From an uncultured Chloroflexia bacterium (GTDB taxonomy: Bacteria > Chloroflexota > Ktedonobacteria > Ktedonobacterales > JADMIN01), in the NCBI GenBank assembly GCA_963718915.1, contig CAVRAI010000003.1, positions 540,001 to 572,000 of the forward strand: DNA of 32,000 nt. Reading direction: 5' to 3'. Within the stretch, counting starts at the first letter, position 1, and every line of letters begins with the position of its first letter. Shown here piece by piece: positions 16,068-25,815 of the stretch. A program made the translations under genes and the position numbers. Below the pieces are notes generated by a model that searched no databases, was not told the origin of the DNA, and was given only the letters and a program-made list of their open reading frames with translations.

Positions 16068-16965
16068 ATGACATCAACCTACACGAGCGCATATCTCGAC
16101 GTGCTGGGCTATCTGCGCGCGGCGACCAATCAGGAGACGGCGTCACTGCTCGGACTCAACACCACGCTTGGCGGCGCGACAACGCTGGCGGCGGGCGCGG
16201 TTAGCCTGCCAGTTGCCGCATCGGCAGGATGGGCTGCCGGGCCGCTCTGGCTGCTGGATGGCCCGTGGTCGGAGGTCGCGCAGGTGACTGGCCTGGCCGA
16301 CTCCACCCATCTGACGCTGGCCGCGCCAGGGACGCGCTGGCCACATGCGCCGGGCATCTCCGTCAGCCAGGCGGGCGCGGCGGGATCGCTGGCCGAGACG
16401 ATTCTGCGGGCGAGCGCGTGGATGGAGGGCTACTGCCAGCAGGGAACGGCGACCTGACCGCTCGCTCTACGCCCTCAGCCGGACGGAGCAGTGGGGCATG
16501 CCCGGAACCCGCGCCTGGATCGACCGCGATGTGATAGTCGTCGTGCGGCCAGGCCACTTCCCGGTGCAGTCCGTCAGCGCGCTCACGCTCGATCAGGGTG
16601 AGAGTGGCACGTTCGCGCTGGATGTCGCGCAGGTGCGGCTGCCGTCCGATGGGCGGCTGGTCGAGGCGCCGTTGCTCGCCGGGCTGGATCCCCTGCTGGC
16701 GCTCTCGCGCTCCCTGCGAACATGGATCAGCGTGACCTATGTTGGCGGCATCACCCCGGGCGCGCTGCCCTACGACCTCGCGCAGGCGTGCATCTGGGTG
16801 ACCAGCGAGCTATTGGCCGAGCGGCGCAATCCATCGGGCGCGGCGCGTATCCGCCAGGGCAAGTTCGAGCTACAGGCGCGGCCCTGGGGTGATCGGAGCG
16901 GCGACTCAACGCTGCTGCTCCAGGCGAAGGCCGCCCTCGAACCGTATCGCGCGCAGGCGCTCTAA
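16068..16965 (+). pseudogene. Phage gp6-like head-tail connector protein, interrupted by a +1 frameshift at about 16452-16456
   Basis: ORF A (ATG 16068..16457) ends ..ILRASAWMEGYCQQGTAT*. ORF B, in the +1 frame, continues DRSLYALSRTEQW..VIVVVRPGHFPVQSVSALTLD..ISVTYVGGITPGALPYDLAQACIWVTSELLAERR. Together these follow the gp6-like connector pattern (A..ve.Yc....L....te......i.L...Pv.SV.s....v.Y.gG....P.dl..A). Confidence 0.6.
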
Positions 16966-16982
16966 CTGAGAGAGAGACAGCT

Positions 16983-17297
16983 GTGATTTTCACTACCATC
17001 CGTGTCGAGCGGCCAGAAGGCACAACAGTGCTGAGCGGCGTGCCTGTGCAGATCGAGTCGGCCAGCGGCGACGGCGAGCATCTCGATTTTGCCGACGCCC
17101 GCCCGTACGACCTCTTCTGGCTCTACACGACTCAGGGCGTCCCGCTGATACCGCTGCGGCGGCGCGATGTGCTCTTCGACGAGATCAATAACGACCCTGA
17201 GACGAGCCAGCCCGCCAAGTATCGCGTTGTCGCCGAGGTCGAGACCTTCGAGGGCGACCATCAGGAGGCGCTCTGCGAGCGCGTTGTAGGAGGCTAG
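16983..17297 (+). CDS. Phage head-tail adaptor / head-closure-like protein
   Basis: 104 aa with a GTG start, tightly packed behind the connector gene. The pattern IRVERP...G.PVQIE....GE...........DVLFDE......YRVVAEVETFEGDHQEALCERV resembles the head-tail joining family. Confidence 0.5.
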   Translation: MIFTTIRVERPEGTTVLSGVPVQIESASGDGEHLDFADARPYDLFWLYTTQGVPLIPLRRRDVLFDEINNDPETSQPAKYRVVAEVETFEGDHQEALCERVVGG

Positions 17298-17302
17298 CAT
17301 CC

Positions 17303-17842
17303 ATGCCAATATTGCCATCCCAGCCCGACACCTTCGGCGCGCTGCGGGCGATGCAATCGCTGATTTTGAATGAGTGCCTGGTGGCGGGCGTCTCGCCCTT
17401 CGCCACACTCTCCGCCAGTGACGCCACCCGCTACGGCGTCGCGCGGGCGGCCTTCGTCGGGCGGCCCAAAGACTTCTCCGACGCCTATCTGCCACAGTGC
17501 TGTATCTGGCTGCCATCTGATACGAACGCCGAGACTGTAGAGTTGGCGGGCTACGCTGGCCGTGCCCTCTCGACGTTCGCTGCCCATATCTTGCTGCTGG
17601 TGGACCAGCGCACCGACTGGTACGCCGCCGAGCAGCAGATTCTGACGCTGCGCGATGCGCTCTGGCCGGTAATGCTGCGCCACGCGCAACTTGGCGGTGC
17701 GGTTGCCTCCATTACCGCATCTGAGGCATTCGTCGGGCGCGGCCTCTGCTACGAGCAGGTCGCGGGCGTCCAGTACCGCTGCTTCGAGGCCATCTGGCGC
17801 GTCCGCCAGCAATGGCAGATCGCGGGCGGGATAGTTGTGTAG
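17303..17842 (+). CDS. Phage neck / tail-completion-like protein (family uncertain)
   Basis: 179 aa, starting 5 nt after the previous stop. Position and size fit the third neck gene of siphovirus-type modules. I cannot name a diagnostic motif. Confidence 0.4.
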   Translation: MPILPSQPDTFGALRAMQSLILNECLVAGVSPFATLSASDATRYGVARAAFVGRPKDFSDAYLPQCCIWLPSDTNAETVELAGYAGRALSTFAAHILLLVDQRTDWYAAEQQILTLRDALWPVMLRHAQLGGAVASITASEAFVGRGLCYEQVAGVQYRCFEAIWRVRQQWQIAGGIVV

Positions 17843-18015
17843 GCGCGGCCTGAGAAGTCAGCCGTTTCTGGCTCCCGTTTCCGCATCGGGGAGGGGTAGT
17901 ATTCATTCTCCCTCTTTCCCTCCGCCAGGAAAGCGTTATAATCGGGGAGTAGCGTGCGCCCAATGATGTGGCGCGGATAGTCAGCCGAAACTCGACGATG
18001 AGGGGGCCAGTGGTC

Positions 18016-18927
18016 ATGCTGAAAGATACGATGCTCTACCTGGCGCGCCAGGAGACAATTCGCCAGTTTGTGATGCACAATGCAATGGCGCGCAAGGCGG
18101 CGCGGCGGTTCGTGGCGGGCGAGACGCTCGACGAAGCGATAGCCACCACGCATGCGCTGAATGGCGAACGTATCAGTGTCTCGCTCGACCATCTCGGCGA
18201 AAACGTCGCCGACGCCCATGAGGCCTGCGAGACCGCGCACGGCTACATCCAGATCCTCGACCGCATCGCGGCGGAGGGCGCCGAGGCCAACATCTCCATC
18301 AAGCTCACCGCGCTTGGCCTCGATATCGACAATGGCCTCGCCCACGACAACCTGACCAGAGTGCTCCAGCGGGCGCACGACCTGGGCATTTTCGTCCGGG
18401 TGGATATGGAAGGCTCCGACTACACCCAGCGCACGCTCGATATGGTGACCGACCTGCACGAGACGTTTCCCAACGTCGGCACGGTCATCCAGACGTGTCT
18501 CTATCGCACCCCCGACGACGCCAAACTGCTGATTGCCAGCAATATCCGCGTCCGGCTGGTGAAGGGCGCGTACCTTGAGCCAGAGACGATTGCCTATCCC
18601 AAGAAGGTGGACGTGGACGCCGCCTACGCGCTTCTCCTCTACGAGCTACTCGAACACGGCGCATATCCTGCCATCGCCACCCACGACGAGCGCATTATCA
18701 GCGACGCGATTCGCTACGCCGAGTCACACGGCATCCCCCGCGCGCGCTTCGAGTTCCAGATGCTCTATGGCATCCGCCGCGACTTGCAGGAAAAGCTGGC
18801 GGGCGAGGGCTATAACGTCCGCGTCTACGTTCCCTTTGGCTCCCAGTGGTATCCCTACCTGACGCGCCGGATGGCCGAGCGTCCCGCCAACCTCATGTTC
18901 ATCGCGGGCAACGTCTTCCGGGGGTAA
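18016..18927 (+). CDS. Proline dehydrogenase (monofunctional PRODH)
   Basis: The PRODH TIM-barrel pattern runs throughout (FVAGETLDEAI, SLDHLGE, ISIKLTALG, VRVDMEGS, RLVKGAY.EP, IATHDE, FEFQMLYGIR, YVPFG..WYPY..RR.AERPAN). ATG 18016 follows GAGGGGG; the track ORF begins at 17968. Confidence 0.9.
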   Translation: MLKDTMLYLARQETIRQFVMHNAMARKAARRFVAGETLDEAIATTHALNGERISVSLDHLGENVADAHEACETAHGYIQILDRIAAEGAEANISIKLTALGLDIDNGLAHDNLTRVLQRAHDLGIFVRVDMEGSDYTQRTLDMVTDLHETFPNVGTVIQTCLYRTPDDAKLLIASNIRVRLVKGAYLEPETIAYPKKVDVDAAYALLLYELLEHGAYPAIATHDERIISDAIRYAESHGIPRARFEFQMLYGIRRDLQEKLAGEGYNVRVYVPFGSQWYPYLTRRMAERPANLMFIAGNVFRG

Positions 18928-18996
18928 AAGCTCCAGTAGAGGAATGATCGGATCTCGGCGCGTTCGGACTACTTCCCGATTTGGGCTTCATGTCTC

Positions 18997-19132
18997 ATAA
19001 TACCAATTCCGGCTGGGTTGTTGTATGTGGGGAGCGTGCCGGAAGCCCAAAGGCCCCGGCGAATGGGGATGGAAATTCGCCGTAGCGTTCACGCTACGGC
19101 CTGCCTCCGTATGACAACAGTTCAACCGGATG
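18997..19132. repeat. 136-bp structured intergenic repeat, copy A
   Basis: 129/136 identical to 21748-21883 in the same orientation, with unrelated flanks. It contains the nested hairpins GCCGG..CCGGC, GCGAAT..ATTCGC and GCCGTAGCG-TTCA-CGCTACGGC. These are closed by a long interrupted stem (19016-19032 with 19105-19127). Confidence 0.85.
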
Positions 19133-19253
19133 CCTCACAACATCTACACCTTCTGGCCGATGATGTTGGCATTGTATTTGCACGTAAATCCCCCCAGGAC
19201 GGTATCTGCCCCGCACCGGAGCATCAGTGTGGCCGTCTGGGAGGGAATCTGCC

Positions 19254-20789
19254 ATGCTGGGAGCGACTGATTCACTACTGGGCAGGGAGCTTGCGGGCTA
19301 CCGCCTCACCCACATTCTGGGCAATGGTGGCATGAGCACCGTCTACCTCGGTCGGCGCGTGGACGATCTCCACGTGAAGTCCGCCATCAAGGTGCTGCGT
19401 GACTCTCCAGGGACAACGGACGCATTCCGCGCCAGGTTTTATCGGGAAGCGGAGACCGCCGCCTCGTTGCGCCATGAGCACATTCTGTCCGTGCTGGACT
19501 ATGGCGAGTGGCAGGGGCTGCCCTACATGGTGATGCCCCTTGCGATCGGCGGTACACTTGGAAGGCGTATCGCGTCCGAGTCCGGCCAGTTTCCGTTTGC
19601 CGCCACCGCCACGTACGCCATCCAACTCGCCAGCGCGCTCGATTACGCCCACCAGCACGGCATCGTGCATTGCGATGTCAAGCCGTCGAATGTCCTGCTG
19701 GATGGGCAGGGACATCTCCTTCTGGCGGACTTCGGCATTGCCCACCTCTACAGGTCATCCAGCGCCCGCGCGGACGCGGAGACAACACTTACGCCTGCCG
19801 GCGAGGTCATCGGGACGCCATCGTACATGGCGCCTGAGCAGTTCAAAGGGCAACGTGTCGGCCCCGCCGCCGATATCTACGCGCTCGGTGTGGTGCTCTA
19901 TCTGCTGACGGCCGGACGTCTCCCGTTTGAGGGCGCGACACCTATCGCGGTTGGTATGGCGCACCTGCGTGACACGCCGCTCTCCCCGCGTCTCTATCGC
20001 CCGGACCTGCCCGTTCCAGCGGCGGCGGCCATTCTCAGCGCGCTCGCGAAGGATCCGAGGCGGCGCTTTGAGAGTGCGGGCGCACTGGCGCTGGCATTCA
20101 CCACAGGAGTCGAGGGAAGCTGGACAGCGACGAACAGTGACCACGCGAGTACCCTGGATGGCGAGCAGACGCAAGCCTATCCCGCCAGGTCATGGCGCGT
20201 ACGCCGCCGCGCCGCGACCGGGCCATCGCTTCGTGTTGGCCTGGCCACCCTCGGCACAGCCGTACTCCTGGGTGGCGGCATCGTCGCGGCGCAGTCGCTC
20301 CAGAGTGAAAGCATCCCGTCGGAACGCCCGGCCTTCCACAGCGCGGTGATCAATGCCAGCGCGACGGAGCGGACGGCGAACCCGGTGGCGAGCAGCCATA
20401 CGACCCAAAGCGCCTCGACCAGCAGTCATCCAACAGGCGGAAACCCGACAAGCCAGCAACCTCTGACGAGCGTTATTCGCTATCGTGGGTCGCTGGTGTA
20501 TGCGCAGCGGTCCGACGGCAAATGGCTTTGGACTGTGTGGACCGATGGCGCGCTCGTCGAGCCTCCCCAGATACGCGGCGACATTATCTACCTGACCACG
20601 CTGATCGGTAGCCGCTATACTCTGCGTGCTGGCGATGGTGAAATCCTCTCTCTGGTGACCGTAGCCATGCAGCAGGACAACCAGCAGGGCAACCATCATG
20701 ACAACGGGCATGGCAAGGGGGATAAACACCACGGCCATCATGGCGGCGGGCACGGAAACGGTCAGGGAGACAACTCGAACAGCGATTAG
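19254..20789 (+). CDS. Hanks-type Ser/Thr protein kinase, single-pass membrane receptor with a His/Gly-rich C-terminal tail
   Basis: The G-loop is LGNGGMSTVYLG, the catalytic Lys context is AIKVL, the catalytic loop is HCDVKPSNVLLD, followed by DFG and SYMAPE. A TM helix (LATLGTAVLLGGGIVAA) follows. ATG 19254 has GGGAGGG upstream. Confidence 0.9.
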   Translation: MLGATDSLLGRELAGYRLTHILGNGGMSTVYLGRRVDDLHVKSAIKVLRDSPGTTDAFRARFYREAETAASLRHEHILSVLDYGEWQGLPYMVMPLAIGGTLGRRIASESGQFPFAATATYAIQLASALDYAHQHGIVHCDVKPSNVLLDGQGHLLLADFGIAHLYRSSSARADAETTLTPAGEVIGTPSYMAPEQFKGQRVGPAADIYALGVVLYLLTAGRLPFEGATPIAVGMAHLRDTPLSPRLYRPDLPVPAAAAILSALAKDPRRRFESAGALALAFTTGVEGSWTATNSDHASTLDGEQTQAYPARSWRVRRRAATGPSLRVGLATLGTAVLLGGGIVAAQSLQSESIPSERPAFHSAVINASATERTANPVASSHTTQSASTSSHPTGGNPTSQQPLTSVIRYRGSLVYAQRSDGKWLWTVWTDGALVEPPQIRGDIIYLTTLIGSRYTLRAGDGEILSLVTVAMQQDNQQGNHHDNGHGKGDKHHGHHGGGHGNGQGDNSNSD

Positions 20790-20984
20790 CGCTGGATCCC
20801 GGCTTGGCCACATGGCTATTGTGTAGGTGCGGTCTTCTCCGCGAGAGGTATGCCGGGCGCTCCGCCGTCGGCATGGTCTTCCTTGCGTGGCATGCCTTGC
20901 GAGACGGACGGTATCGGGATATCCTGAGGACTCAGGGTACATATGCCTGAGCGAAACATGAGAATTGAGACAATGGAGGCGCTC

Positions 20985-21482
20985 ATGCCATCGGATCAGT
21001 CGCTACGTGACGAGCTTGTGTTTTTACTTGAGCGCGGAAATGCGCATATGTCATTCGAGGAGGCCATGGCTGCCTATCCGATGGAGCAGATCAACACGCT
21101 CTTCCCGAACGGCAGCTATACCTCATGGCATCTGCTCGAACATCTCCGCCTGACGCAATGGGATATCCTGGACTTCATCCGCAATCCGAACTACGAGGAG
21201 CACGCCTGGCCGCGGGACTACTGGCCGACGAGCGACCAGCAGGCGACGCCCGACGACTGGCAGCAGACAATCCACGACTTTCTGGCGGACCGGCAGGCGC
21301 TACGAGCAATCGTCATGGATCCGCAGACAGACCTCTGGGCAACAATTCCCCAGGGTACCGGCCAGACGATTGCGCGGGAGATTACGGTGGTGGCCGACCA
21401 CAACGCCTATCACGTCGGCGAGTTCGCCATCATGCGCCAGGTCATGGGCACGTGGGAACCGAGCCATTCTACAGGCGGGTGA
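20985..21482 (+). CDS. DinB-family protein
   Basis: DinB His motifs are present (SWHLLEHLRLTQWD, VVADHNAYHVGEFAIM). ATG 20985 has GGAGG 5 nt upstream. Upstream in-frame ATGs exist from 20943. Confidence 0.8.
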   Translation: MPSDQSLRDELVFLLERGNAHMSFEEAMAAYPMEQINTLFPNGSYTSWHLLEHLRLTQWDILDFIRNPNYEEHAWPRDYWPTSDQQATPDDWQQTIHDFLADRQALRAIVMDPQTDLWATIPQGTGQTIAREITVVADHNAYHVGEFAIMRQVMGTWEPSHSTGG

Positions 21483-21747
21483 GTTCCTTTTCTTCATCGT
21501 TGCACGATCACGTCGAAGGCAATGTCCAACTGTCGAGCACGTTGCCGAACTGCGTTGACCTGTCGCGAACAATCCCGTAGACATGTCCGTTGACAATGGC
21601 CGCATTCGCATCGTCAACAGTACCCCCAAGCACAGTTCGCGCCCGCCAAAGTTGACAGCATGTGGGTGGTGAACATCTACAACCGGGATGGCTCCGGCGC
21701 GCATAACGCGGTTGCCTGGGCGGTCTGCGATACGCCGAATCCGACGT

Positions 21748-21883
21748 ATTATACCGATTCCGGCTGGGTTGTTGTATGTGGGGAACGTGCCGGAAGCCCA
21801 AAGGCCCCGACGAATGGGGACGGAAATTCGCCGTAGCGTTCACGCTACGGCCTGCCTCCGTATGACAACAGTCCAACCAGATG
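21748..21883. repeat. 136-bp structured intergenic repeat, copy B
   Basis: See copy A. There are seven substitutions in total (repeat positions 3, 9, 38, 63, 74, 126, 132). Confidence 0.85.
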
Positions 21884-21920
21884 TAGTATTAGATGTGCGT
21901 TCAGGGATAATCGCGTTATG

Positions 21921-21960
21921 AAAAAAGGGGAGATATGCTCGACATTGAACATATCTCCCC
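21921..21960 (-). terminator. Rho-independent terminator of groEL
   Basis: On the minus strand the stem is GGGGAGATATG / CATATCTCCCC (11 bp, 12-nt loop), followed by TTTTTT (plus-strand A6 at 21921-21926). It lies 36 nt downstream of the groEL stop. Confidence 0.8.
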
Positions 21961-21996
21961 ACATATTTCCCGTTGACGGAAGCTGAAGGTCGCGGC

Positions 21997-23631
<1,635 letters not shown>

Positions 23632-23701
23632 CTAACTCCTCATCCTATCAATCGCTGTCAGTCAGTCGTTGCACGATCCAGACATCCGCTGGAGGCGCGA
23701 A

Positions 23702-24010
23702 CTACTTGCCTTCTTTGCCTTCGATAATCGCCAGAATATCGGACTCGCGCAGAACCAGCAGGTCCTCGCCATCGAGCTTGAACTCGGTGCCGCCATACTT
23801 GGCGAAGAGCACGCGGTCGCCCTCTTTGACTTCGAGCGCGACCCGGTCGCCCTTGTCGCTCACTTTGCCCTTACCGACGGCGATCACGGTGCCTTCCTGG
23901 GGCTTCTCTTTGGCGGTATCGGGGATCACAATGCCGCTCTTGGTGACTTCCTCGCGCTGGCTTGGTCGCACTACGACGCGGTCGCCTACTGGGCGAATCT
24001 TGCTTGCCAC
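23702..24010 (-). CDS. groES: Co-chaperonin GroES (Cpn10)
   Basis: 102 aa ([39 protein letters not shown]..). It has a GTG start with an AGGAGGGA RBS and lies 79 nt upstream of groEL. Confidence 0.97.
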   Translation of the reverse strand: MASKIRPVGDRVVVRPSQREEVTKSGIVIPDTAKEKPQEGTVIAVGKGKVSDKGDRVALEVKEGDRVLFAKYGGTEFKLDGEDLLVLRESDILAIIEGKEGK

Positions 24011-24388
24011 GCTAATGTCCCTCCTGTTTCATCGGGGATATGTTGACGTAAGTAACGCCTGAAATGGTCAGCACCCATCCCGGCCATGCGGACGCACGGC
24101 GGATGAATGTGGCCCGCGCAGGCAACTCACGCTGCCCACGACTACCATCGATTAGTATCGCGCATCGGCTGTTAGAGCGGTGTAGGCATCATGTTAGAGG
24201 CGTATAGGAGTTGTGTCAGAGAAGCATTAGAGCAAGTACAGCGGAGTTGGAGGCAGCCGCATTCTCCTGCGTTCAGGATGCCGCTGAAATATGGTCGATC
24301 TGTAACGCTTTCTGTGACGTTCTCGGAACGCGGCTATGCCATAATTCGTAGCAGCGAAGGGCGTGATGGTGGCCCATTGCCAGTGAGG

Positions 24389-25747
24389 ATGGGTGCGATG
24401 AACGAGATCGGCGCTGAGCGGACGAGCGGGGAAGATAGCCGCACCATGAACGCTAGTCCCCATAGCCCATCGCGTGGATGGATGAGCGTGCTGCGCGCGC
24501 TCTGGCTGGCGGTAGCCATGCTCGCGCTGGGACTATTCGCGGCCAGTCTACCCGAGTACTATGCGTTGATTCAGCGGCCTTGCAGTGATCCTTCGACGTG
24601 TAACGTCGCCGGAGCGCTGACCGCGCAAGGTTTGCAGCAATTGACCGCCCTCGGCCTCACGGCGCAGAGTTATGCCGCCCTGCTGACTGCCTTCTACGCG
24701 CTCATCGTCGCCATTTGGAGCGGGATCGGCTTCCTCATCTTCTGGCGCAGACCCAACGACTGGTTCGTGCTCTTCACGGCGCTGTTCCTGGTGATCTTCA
24801 ACGCGACCTATCCCGACTTTCCGATTACGGCCCTGGCGCTTGCGTATCCAGCCCTGAACGTCCCGGTCGGCATATTGGGCGCGCTCGGCGTCTACTCCAT
24901 CATTGCTTTTCTGGTGCTCTTTCCCAATGGGCGGCTCGTGCCCCGCTGGATGGCGCTGTTTCTGGTGCTGGGCGCCTTTGGAGCTATCACCACTGCCTTC
25001 CCGAATCTGCAGTTCAGCAGTAATGGGCCAGGATGGCTTGATCCGCTGATCAACATTCCACAGTATGTCGCCATCATTGGCGCGCAGATCTACCGCTATC
25101 GCACGGTGTCGACGCCGACCGAGCGGCAGCAGACCAAATGGGTCGTCTTCGGCATCGTCATCGTGATGGTTGGCATCAGTCTGCCGATCCCTATTCTCTC
25201 AGCGTTCATCCCGGCGTTCAATCAGTCCAATACCGTTGCGTCCACTGTAGTCGGGCTGCTGAACTATCCGGTCGTGTTGCTTGCGCTTCCCATCACCATC
25301 GGGATCGCCATTCTGCGCTCGCGTTTGTATGACATCGATGTCATTATCAACCGGACACTGGTCTACGGCTCGCTGACCGCCATCCTCGCACTGATCTACG
25401 TTGCGGGCGTCGTCGGCGCGCAGGCTATTCTCAATACGTTCACCCAGCGGCAGAGTAGCGAGCCATCGCCCATCATCATCGTCGTGACGACGCTCGCCAT
25501 CGCCGCGCTCTTCCAGCCGTTGCGCCGCCGCCTCCAGGCCGTTATCGACCGCCGCTTCTATCGCCACAAGTACGACGCCACCCGGACGCTGAACGCGTTC
25601 AGCGCGCGGCAGCGCAGTGAGGTAGACCTCAATGCGTTGAGCCAGCATCTGATGGCGGTCGTGCAGGAGACGATGCAGCCCGCCCATATCTCGCTCTGGC
25701 TGCGCTCGCCAGAAACCACGGCGAAACGTCCGCGCGAAGAAGTGTAG
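24389..25747 (+). CDS. Polytopic membrane protein, sensor-type module without an output domain (paralog of 7153..8433)
   Basis: It shares motifs with the 7153 gene (C-x-C region, WRRPND, FPNGRLVPRW, YRYRTVSTPTERQQTKWVV, RSRLYDIDVIINRTLVYGSLT, QPLRRRLQAVIDRRFYRHKYDATRTL, VQETMQPAHISLWL). The start is uncertain (ATG 24389, 24398 or 24446); the track ORF starts at 24191. Confidence 0.75.
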   Translation: MGAMNEIGAERTSGEDSRTMNASPHSPSRGWMSVLRALWLAVAMLALGLFAASLPEYYALIQRPCSDPSTCNVAGALTAQGLQQLTALGLTAQSYAALLTAFYALIVAIWSGIGFLIFWRRPNDWFVLFTALFLVIFNATYPDFPITALALAYPALNVPVGILGALGVYSIIAFLVLFPNGRLVPRWMALFLVLGAFGAITTAFPNLQFSSNGPGWLDPLINIPQYVAIIGAQIYRYRTVSTPTERQQTKWVVFGIVIVMVGISLPIPILSAFIPAFNQSNTVASTVVGLLNYPVVLLALPITIGIAILRSRLYDIDVIINRTLVYGSLTAILALIYVAGVVGAQAILNTFTQRQSSEPSPIIIVVTTLAIAALFQPLRRRLQAVIDRRFYRHKYDATRTLNAFSARQRSEVDLNALSQHLMAVVQETMQPAHISLWLRSPETTAKRPREEV

Positions 25748-25815
25748 GTAGCGTGCGCAAGCGGAGTGCTACATTCTTCACAGAGTGACGTTTTGTCTGT
25801 TCAAGGAGTCTTCTC

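Noticed and set aside
19018-19335. Track ORFs 19018..19335 and 21688..21921 share the peptide ..LYVG.VPEAQRPRRMG.EIRRSVHATACLRMTTVQPD..
   Set aside because: The shared peptide is a by-product of the 136-bp DNA repeat. Similarity stops exactly at the repeat borders. Neither ORF has a credible RBS. The first ORF runs into the kinase gene in another frame.
21490-21747. Protein-like stretches on the minus strand in two frames (..GNRVMRAGAIPVVDVHHPHAVNFGG.. and ..GTVDDANAAIVNGHVYGIVRDRSTQFGNVLDSW..). These could be a decayed gene remnant between DinB and repeat copy B.
   Set aside because: There is no start codon, no continuous frame, and only a vague resemblance to anything I can name. It is possibly a pseudogene fragment but cannot be supported from sequence alone.
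24011-24200. I looked for a CIRCE/HrcA operator (TTAGCACTC-N9-GAGTGCTAA) upstream of groES.
   Set aside because: I found no inverted repeat of that form on either strand. The nearest strings (GTCAGCACC at about 24077; three TTAGAG/TAGAG words at about 24171-24232) lack the palindromic partner. No operator is called.
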